From a virus, in IMG/VR virus record IMGVR_UViG_3300037245_001320, positions 64,001-128,000 of that record: DNA of 64,000 nt; one strand, 5' to 3'. Below the pieces are notes generated by a model that saw only the letters and a list, made by a program, of their open reading frames with translations, was not told the origin of the DNA and ran no database searches. Positions 58,147 through 64,000 of this stretch are shown in pieces. Every line of letters begins with the position of its first letter. Positions within the stretch are counted from its first letter, which is position 1. The position numbers and the translations under genes were made by a program.

Positions 58147-58227
58147 TGGATCTTATCCGACTCGAACGGATGACTTCATGAGAGCATTACCTTTGATCAT
58201 GATTTCTACCAACTGAATTAAAGACCC
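58147..58227 (-). tRNA. tRNA-like gene with 15-nt anticodon loop (no decodable anticodon)
   Basis: Acceptor GGGTCTT/AAGATCC, D-loop AGTTGGTA, anticodon stem CATGA/TCATG enclosing TCAAAGGTAATGCTC, T-arm ATCCG-TTCGAGT-CGGAT. Confidence 0.75.
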
Positions 58228-58522
58228 GTATGTTAGATTTTCACAGCGAATCCTCCCCAAACTGGCTAAAGTATTTACAACCCTTGAGCAATGAGTTGGT
58301 CCTTTTCCTTATTTTATTTACGAGAGTTTTAAAAGGTCTTCTAAACGTACTCTCTTTATTAAATCAATTTTTGTGCTCTTGGTTTTTATTCCAACTCATA
58401 GTCTTTCCTCTGATCGTCATAAGGGTTTCTCTGTTACTCCCTTAACTCTCAACCTCTTTTAAAGCAATAGGCGTGCATCAACGCCTCGGTTTACTTAATG
58501 GAAGGGTTATTAATCTCCCACC

Positions 58523-58564
58523 TTACTCCTGACCTGCGAAGTAAGCTCTCGCTTTAATTCTCAT
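58523..58564 (-). CDS. 13-codon sORF MRIKARAYFAGQE
   Basis: Preceded by AAAGGAGG. Confidence 0.4.
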   Translation of the reverse strand: MRIKARAYFAGQE

Positions 58565-58705
58565 GCTTCCTCCTTTATATTGTCTTATCTTAATAATTGT
58601 AGTATATCCCTTATGTCCCATATACCAGAGGCTGACACAACGCTTATTGTCACGACACCAATTATTAAAAAGTTTATTTATTATTTGTTACTCTTGACTT
58701 AAAAC

Positions 58706-58734
58706 AGTATACCACACTTTCAAGTAAAAGTCAA
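58706..58734 (-). promoter_or_regulatory. Sigma70-type promoter driving the 58.1-58.7 kb region
   Basis: TTGACT-17nt-TATACT with TG. Confidence 0.7.
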
Positions 58735-58890
58735 CCCCTTTTCGGAATATTTCTCAATTATTTTTTCAATTGTTATATCTTCTGGTAAATCCTTTAAAAT
58801 AATGCCTTCTAAACGACAGCTCTCCCGATAATTATCCTTTCTAACCTTCCTAATGAATTCTGCTTTCTCTTCAAAAGTCTTGTTAATCAT
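58720..58890 (-). CDS. YhfG/FicA-like Fic antitoxin (56 aa, not in the ORF track)
   Basis: MINKTFEEKAEFIRKVRKDNYRESCRLEGI... contains the (S/T)xxxE(G/N) Fic-inhibitory motif in YhfG-like context N(F/Y)..S.RLEG. Its start overlaps the upstream stop. Confidence 0.72.
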   Translation of the reverse strand: MINKTFEEKAEFIRKVRKDNYRESCRLEGIILKDLPEDITIEKIIEKYSEKGLTFT

Positions 58891-59077
58891 TCTCTAAAAT
58901 ATCCAACACTTCTTTTAATGTCTTAACTCTTTCTGTAGCTAGATGTAAGTTATCTAAGGCTACCTGTTTTAAACCGCCCATTTCATGAGTAGCATTATTG
59001 TAAACATCTTTACACATGTTCTCTCTTTCTATACCTTTCTCATAGAGTGTTCTTATTTTATTTAGTTTTTGTTTCAT
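58883..59077 (-). CDS. Hypothetical protein
   Basis: AGGAG SD. Confidence 0.55.
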   Translation of the reverse strand: MKQKLNKIRTLYEKGIERENMCKDVYNNATHEMGGLKQVALDNLHLATERVKTLKEVLDILEND

Positions 59078-59085
59078 CTGTTCTC

Positions 59086-59592
59086 CTAATTATTTATTAT
59101 TAAGAAATTTTTATATAGTCTTGGAGTAATATCTCTCTGACTATAGATCCTTCTTAATATTTGTATAAGTGATTTATTATCTCTTTTATACAATCTATAA
59201 ATTCTTACTGATAAAGGAGCTTGTACATAAAGTATTAAATCACACTTTTCAAGTAAGGTTGATTTATGTAAAACAGCTCCGTTTAATATGCTGCTTCCTT
59301 GAATATCTTCTAAAACTTGTTTTGTTATTAAAGGATGAACAAAGTCGTTTAAAACTTTCATAGCTCTTTTTGATTTAAATACTATCTTAGATAATTCCTT
59401 GGGATTCCTATACTGATTAAAAGGTACACCACACGTAGTGAGTAATTCACAACTTATAGCAAACATGTTTTCATCCACTATCTTATGTCCGTACAAATCT
59501 AAATCAAAATGAGTATGTCCTGTTTTCTCACTTAGTTTCTCAGAGATATAATTCTTACCTGATCCTGATTTTCCCACAATACCTATATTCAT
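59086..59592 (-). CDS. coaE: Dephospho-CoA kinase
   Basis: IGIVGKSGSGKN P-loop, D.D..GH, L..IVF.....LN..VHP.I and V.AP..VRI.R...RD motifs. Confidence 0.82.
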   Translation of the reverse strand: MNIGIVGKSGSGKNYISEKLSEKTGHTHFDLDLYGHKIVDENMFAISCELLTTCGVPFNQYRNPKELSKIVFKSKRAMKVLNDFVHPLITKQVLEDIQGSSILNGAVLHKSTLLEKCDLILYVQAPLSVRIYRLYKRDNKSLIQILRRIYSQRDITPRLYKNFLIINN

Positions 59593-60545
59593 GACAGATA
59601 TTTCTCATATGCTTTTACACCAAATTCCTGTAATGATCTAATCATGGATGAAGAAATATGTTGTAGCTCAGGTTTACATGTAAAATAAACAACAGGGTTA
59701 TTAAAACCTGCATCAATTAAAGTCTGCTTCAAAGCTATCTCACTAGTTAAATCCTCTGTATTCCTTAATCCTCTTATCAGTGAATAGTTATTATCTTTAA
59801 ATACATCCACTAATAAACCATCATAGGAAATAAACTCCTGAATAGGATTTGCTATGTAGTAGGATTGTACTTTATCTCTGTTATGTCCTTGAGCAATAAT
59901 AACCTTATCAAAAACTCCCTCAGCTTGTGTAACAATATCTTCATGACCTATATGAAAAGGATTAAAACTTCCTGCATACACTCCTATCTTGTACTGCTTA
60001 TTAGTTACATAATTTATTAAAAAATCACAACTAATATACTCATCCTCACTAGATGTAAAATTATCTTGGTACTTTTTAAGGAATTCTAATCTTCCTTCTT
60101 TGTATTCCTCTAATGAGAACTTCTGATACTCATAAAAAATAGCATCTTCATATTGTATAAGCTTACAACCTTCTTCTTTGAATATAGCTGTATCTGCTTG
60201 AACAATCCAATTCTTATTATTATCTTCAAAATCTGCATAGTGCTTCTTTGTAGCTCTAATTAACTCTGCTACATACTGTCTATCAAAATCATTATCATCA
60301 GTATAGCAACTGTTACGATTAGGATCGCTATGTCTCAACCATGCCATTGCGGATCTTTCTTCATTATCATCTCTGGAAGGATCATATATAAAGTCATGCC
60401 ATACGATAGCATTAAATAAATGTTCATTCTGCGTTGGTCTGTTCAAACCACAGTATTCCAACATATTATAGATGTGCTGTATTGTATGAAATCTTCTGTG
60501 TGGTTCTGCATATGCTTTTAATACTTCTTCTGGTATATAACTCAT
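59589..60545 (-). CDS. coaD: HD phosphohydrolase (COG4339-like) fused to phosphopantetheine adenylyltransferase
   Basis: N-terminal Y.EPHR.FHT..HI, WHD.IYDP...NEERSA; C-terminal YAGSFNPFHIGH, LIRGLR...D...E and HISSSMIR. Confidence 0.82.
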   Translation of the reverse strand: MSYIPEEVLKAYAEPHRRFHTIQHIYNMLEYCGLNRPTQNEHLFNAIVWHDFIYDPSRDDNEERSAMAWLRHSDPNRNSCYTDDNDFDRQYVAELIRATKKHYADFEDNNKNWIVQADTAIFKEEGCKLIQYEDAIFYEYQKFSLEEYKEGRLEFLKKYQDNFTSSEDEYISCDFLINYVTNKQYKIGVYAGSFNPFHIGHEDIVTQAEGVFDKVIIAQGHNRDKVQSYYIANPIQEFISYDGLLVDVFKDNNYSLIRGLRNTEDLTSEIALKQTLIDAGFNNPVVYFTCKPELQHISSSMIRSLQEFGVKAYEKYLS

Positions 60546-60560
60546 TATATTATCTCCTTT

Positions 60561-60782
60561 TTAATTAACAGGGTGAAGTACTAAACTTCTTTTCTGTTTC
60601 TTTAATTCTTCCCAATCTTCTTCTGTGTAACAAGCTTCATCTGCTGTCCATTGCATTGATAATACATCTCCTGACCAAGTAGAATCAGGAAGATACACAC
60701 AATCTTTGTCTCCACCAGATAAAGGACTGTATCCATTACCCTCTGAATCTTTTAATAGACTTCTTAGTTCTTTTACATCCAT
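60561..60782 (-). CDS. Hypothetical protein
   Basis: D.EGNGYSP motif common in phage small proteins. Confidence 0.55.
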   Translation of the reverse strand: MDVKELRSLLKDSEGNGYSPLSGGDKDCVYLPDSTWSGDVLSMQWTADEACYTEEDWEELKKQKRSLVLHPVN

Positions 60783-61351
60783 CTAAGTAGTTCCTTCATC
60801 TTATAGGCAACAGCTCTAGTTAATACAATATCATCCATGGCATTATGTAAATTCTCCGTATTTAAGTCAAAATGTTTCCCTAAAGTTTCTAGTTTAGAAT
60901 TCTCTAGTTGAGGAATCTTGCCTGCCCATTGTAAAAAAGCTAAAGACTGATAAGTATCTATAAACTTTCCTGCCTGCACCCATGAAAACCAATAAGGATC
61001 GCCACAATGTTCAAAATAACTTTTCATCATGTTACTGTCGAAGATAACGTTTTGGCCTGCCAGCAAGAACTTATCTTCTTTCTTGTAAGGAGATACAAAC
61101 TCTTTCATAAAAGCTAGGATATCTTGACGCACTTGTTCCCTTGGCCTAAAGCTTTGTATCTGTTCGAGGGTGAATCCATTAACTTCCAGTGCCCCTTGCT
61201 CTATTTCTGTTCCAACTGGATTCATTTCAAAGTACTCTTTACCTTCAATTTTGCCATCAATCTCGGCTATTAAAGCAAGAGATATAATCCCATTCTTATT
61301 AAAATCCAAGCCTCCTGTTTCTGTATCACACCATAACAATTTTTCACTCAT
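60773..61351 (-). CDS. DEDDh 3'-5' exonuclease (DnaQ-like)
   Basis: DTETGGL, GQN..FD, IDT and LHNAMDD motifs. Confidence 0.88.
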   Translation of the reverse strand: MSEKLLWCDTETGGLDFNKNGIISLALIAEIDGKIEGKEYFEMNPVGTEIEQGALEVNGFTLEQIQSFRPREQVRQDILAFMKEFVSPYKKEDKFLLAGQNVIFDSNMMKSYFEHCGDPYWFSWVQAGKFIDTYQSLAFLQWAGKIPQLENSKLETLGKHFDLNTENLHNAMDDIVLTRAVAYKMKELLRWM

Positions 61352-63124
61352 TTTCCAAATCCTCCATAATCCCCATCTAAAACATCTGATACAAGAACAT
61401 AATCAAGATTACTTTTAACAACTATAGGGTTAATGTTTATTTCAATCCACTCACTCATACCTGTCATTTCCTCAAACTCTTCTAACATATGTTTTATGGT
61501 ATAGTCACAATAACTAACATCCATACTTCTAAGGAAAACAAATCTTGTTACCCAGTATGAAAAAGCAGAATAAGTATCTAGTTTATTTGTAATTTGTTCA
61601 GACAAACCCTCTAATACATGGTAGTGCTCCATTAAGTATTCTAATGTTACCTTCATTTCTTTCGATTCTTCTAATCTTATATCTATAACTAAACCTGCTA
61701 TAGTTTGTATACTAAAATGTCTCATCCTTCAAACTCCTCTTTTCCCTTTAGGAATACCTCATATCTTCTTTTCTTATCAAACAATTCTCTTTCCTCTAAC
61801 TGCTTAATCCTCTGCTCTAATGCTTCAGGTGTTTTTGATGGACAAGATAATCCGATAACTATATCAGTGCCTTCTTCCCATTCAATAGGTTCTTCCCAAG
61901 CGTCTACTTCAATAGCTTCATATGTTAATCCAAGATGGTTTTTAATCATTTCATCAGCTACATCTAGTATATCAGACAAAGTACCACCATTCCAAACTCT
62001 TTCTGAGTACTCCGTTGCATTCTGTATTAAATCTTCTTTAGCTTGTTTTACTATTACTTCTTTCTCTTGTTCTGTTAATTCAAACTTCATTTATTATCCT
62101 CTACATAGATGTACCCTTCAGAACAGTTAGGTAAATTAAGATATTTAGTCAAAAATGGTATAACCTCTGTTGTGCATGGATTTACTGGTTGTGGATCTTT
62201 AGTATAAAATAAACACTGCTTTGGACAAATATTACCTGTGTACTCTTTGGCTACTATTGCTTTAGTTATTTGTATCATCTTATTTCTCCTTCCCAAATTT
62301 ATTAGCTATCTTCTTAATAGTTATTTGTCTTTTTAAACTCTTGATCTGTCTTCGTAAAGGAATTGTTTCCTCATGATAAGCAGATCTCATTCCTTGCCCT
62401 GGAGAAACCATCCAACCTAAATCACTCTCAGCTTTCTTTAAAGTACTTTCTAGATCCTCTAGTGTTGGTTTATACTCTGTATTATCTGGAAAATCTATGT
62501 AAACCCTATTTCCATAAGGTGCTTTGTATGGTTTATCAAATATTGTCATGGTGTTACCTCCCATTGTTCTCCTTCTTTCTCTTTCCATCCACAATCGTAA
62601 CATATTCTGGTAGACCATGGACTTCTGTACTCTGCATATATTTTAGTATTCTTACACTTGGGACAACATCCTATTGGCTTTATTTTAGGCTGTGGTTTCT
62701 CATACTCATTAACCACCTCCCTAGCTAATGTAATAGCACAGTCCTCTTTATGTTGTATCATATGTTCGTTCAAACTAAAATGGTATTTTTTACAAATTGG
62801 ACATGAAATAGTATCTCCTGTCATCCCACCAGAGTTTTCATTATATTCTATATTTTCTACTAAGGCTTTGCTTATTTGGTAGTTTATTTTTTTAATCATC
62901 TAATCTCCCTCCTGATCGTAACTACTAAAGAAGTCATCTACTAAAACAATTTCTCCTTGTGTGTACGTGTCTTTCTCTGTTTTCATAAAGTGCTCTAATC
63001 TTAGTTTAATATCGTTCTGATACATTTTTGTTTCATCTTCATTCATTTCTTCTAGATATAGTTTGAACTCTTCTTTACATTCCCAACATACATAACCTAC
63101 ACCATCTACATAGGTATCACACAT
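61348..63124 (-). CDS. Run of small early hypothetical ORFs (61348, 61722, 62087, 62280, 62546, 62900)
   Basis: Chained overlaps; several contain CxxC. Confidence 0.55.
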
Positions 63125-63330
63125 TATACTTTCACAATTATTTCTGTGACATGTTTTTAATCACATATTATTCTCTCCTCTCAAAAATATGCGTTAGAGT
63201 CGCATCCCTCCGTCTAACCTCACCAAAGTTAGTCTATATTCATTCAGTTAAATATAGACAAATCAATAGGAATTGAACCTACGACTTCTTACCAAACCTC
63301 TACGAACGAGTTGGAATCGAACCTACATTC

Positions 63331-63405
63331 TACCTATAGATGGGCTTGAACCATCGACCCTCTGGATATGAGCCAGATACTCTAAACCAACTGAGCTATA
63401 TAGGT
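63331..63405 (-). tRNA. tRNA with CAT anticodon (elongator Met or Ile2); CCA not encoded
   Basis: ACCTATA/TATAGGT acceptor, GCTC/GAGT D-stem, TCTGG-CTCATAT-CCAGA anticodon arm, GATGG-TTCAAGC-CCATC T-arm. Confidence 0.9.
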
Positions 63406-63432
63406 GTGCTATTTTTATAAATCTTCCTTTAC

Positions 63433-63916
63433 CTAAACTCTATATCTTATTGTTACATATGGAGTAGGTGCTACACTTGCAGTTGTCCATGAACCTATTC
63501 TTATATCTTCACATGATAAGTTAGGGTTAGCAGACATTATATCATTACATAATTCTCTTAAGTCTCCATATGATATTGTGTTGTGCAATTGAATTTCTTT
63601 TTCTTCCATATTTATTTTATTCATTTGTTTCTCCTTACACACAATCAGAACAAGCGTCCCATTGTAATTCCTTTTCTAATTTATCACAGATAATATTCCA
63701 ATCCTCTATAGTCAAACAGTAATCGTCCATAGTCTTTCCATCAGGATTATCTGTTCTTTTAAAATAACAGGGATCACATGTATAAGAATCCTCATCACAA
63801 GTCCATTCAGAAGATTCATACACTATTTTACCAAACATTGTGTGTTCTGCATCTAGTCCATCTATCTTAAATTCATATCTGCCATTACAATCGTTAGCTT
63901 CTATAAGTAAATCCAT
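63433..63916 (-). CDS. Two small hypothetical ORFs (63433-~63624; 63635-63916)
   Basis: SDs AAGGAG and GAGGAG. Confidence 0.55.
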
Positions 63917-63941
63917 ACTACTTCTCCTCTCAACTGTTTAT

Positions 63942-63970
63942 ACTATAATATATTTAGTAATTGTTGTCAA
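63942..63970 (-). promoter_or_regulatory. Sigma70-type early promoter
   Basis: TTGACA-17nt-TATAGT. Confidence 0.7.
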
Positions 63971-64000
63971 CCCTTTATTGGAACTTTTTACCATTTAAAT

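Noticed and set aside
58147-58564. tmRNA
   Set aside because: There is no G3-U70 alanine acceptor or CCA, the tRNA-like body is contiguous with a D-arm, and the sORF has its own SD and ATG and lacks an ...AA tag end.
1-64000. Stop-codon reassignment
   Set aside because: Core genes are full length in code 11, and TGA and TAG terminate genes at normal overlaps. Only isolated in-frame stops were seen (63163, about 30885) and no suppressor tRNA.

Overview
This is a 64-kb, AT-rich slice of a tailed dsDNA phage genome with a lambda/T1-like siphovirus tail module and standard genetic code. The two arms converge at about 33.0 kb. The + arm (1-32.9 kb) carries a C5 methyltransferase, portal, minor head, scaffold, major capsid, neck and tail genes (with a -1 frameshift chaperone), tape measure, tail tip and fibres, and a lysis cassette. 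The - arm (33.1-64 kb) carries replication, recombination and nucleotide/cofactor genes: SNF2 and PIF1-like helicases, Mre11 with a split Rad50, RecA-like, gp32-like SSB, dUTPase, DEDD exonuclease, HD-CoaD and CoaE. It also has many small ORFs, a tRNA-CAT and an aberrant tRNA. No terminase, integrase or DNA polymerase was recognised in the window. Main observations: (1) a 24-bp phage-specific extended -10 promoter motif in 7 copies; (2) two nuclease cassettes whose ~190-nt leaders differ in sequence but share one predicted fold, with loop and bulge complementary to the transcript's own 5' end (P4 CI / P1 C4-like antisense architecture); (3) a phage-encoded terminal CoA pathway (HD-CoaD + CoaE) next to an unannotated orphan FicA/YhfG-like antitoxin; (4) a lysis cassette with a leaderless lipase, a circularly permuted M23 peptidase and an atypical overprinted spanin-like pair; (5) a tRNA scaffold with a 15-nt anticodon loop. 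All protein family calls come from reading motifs by eye, not from database searches.
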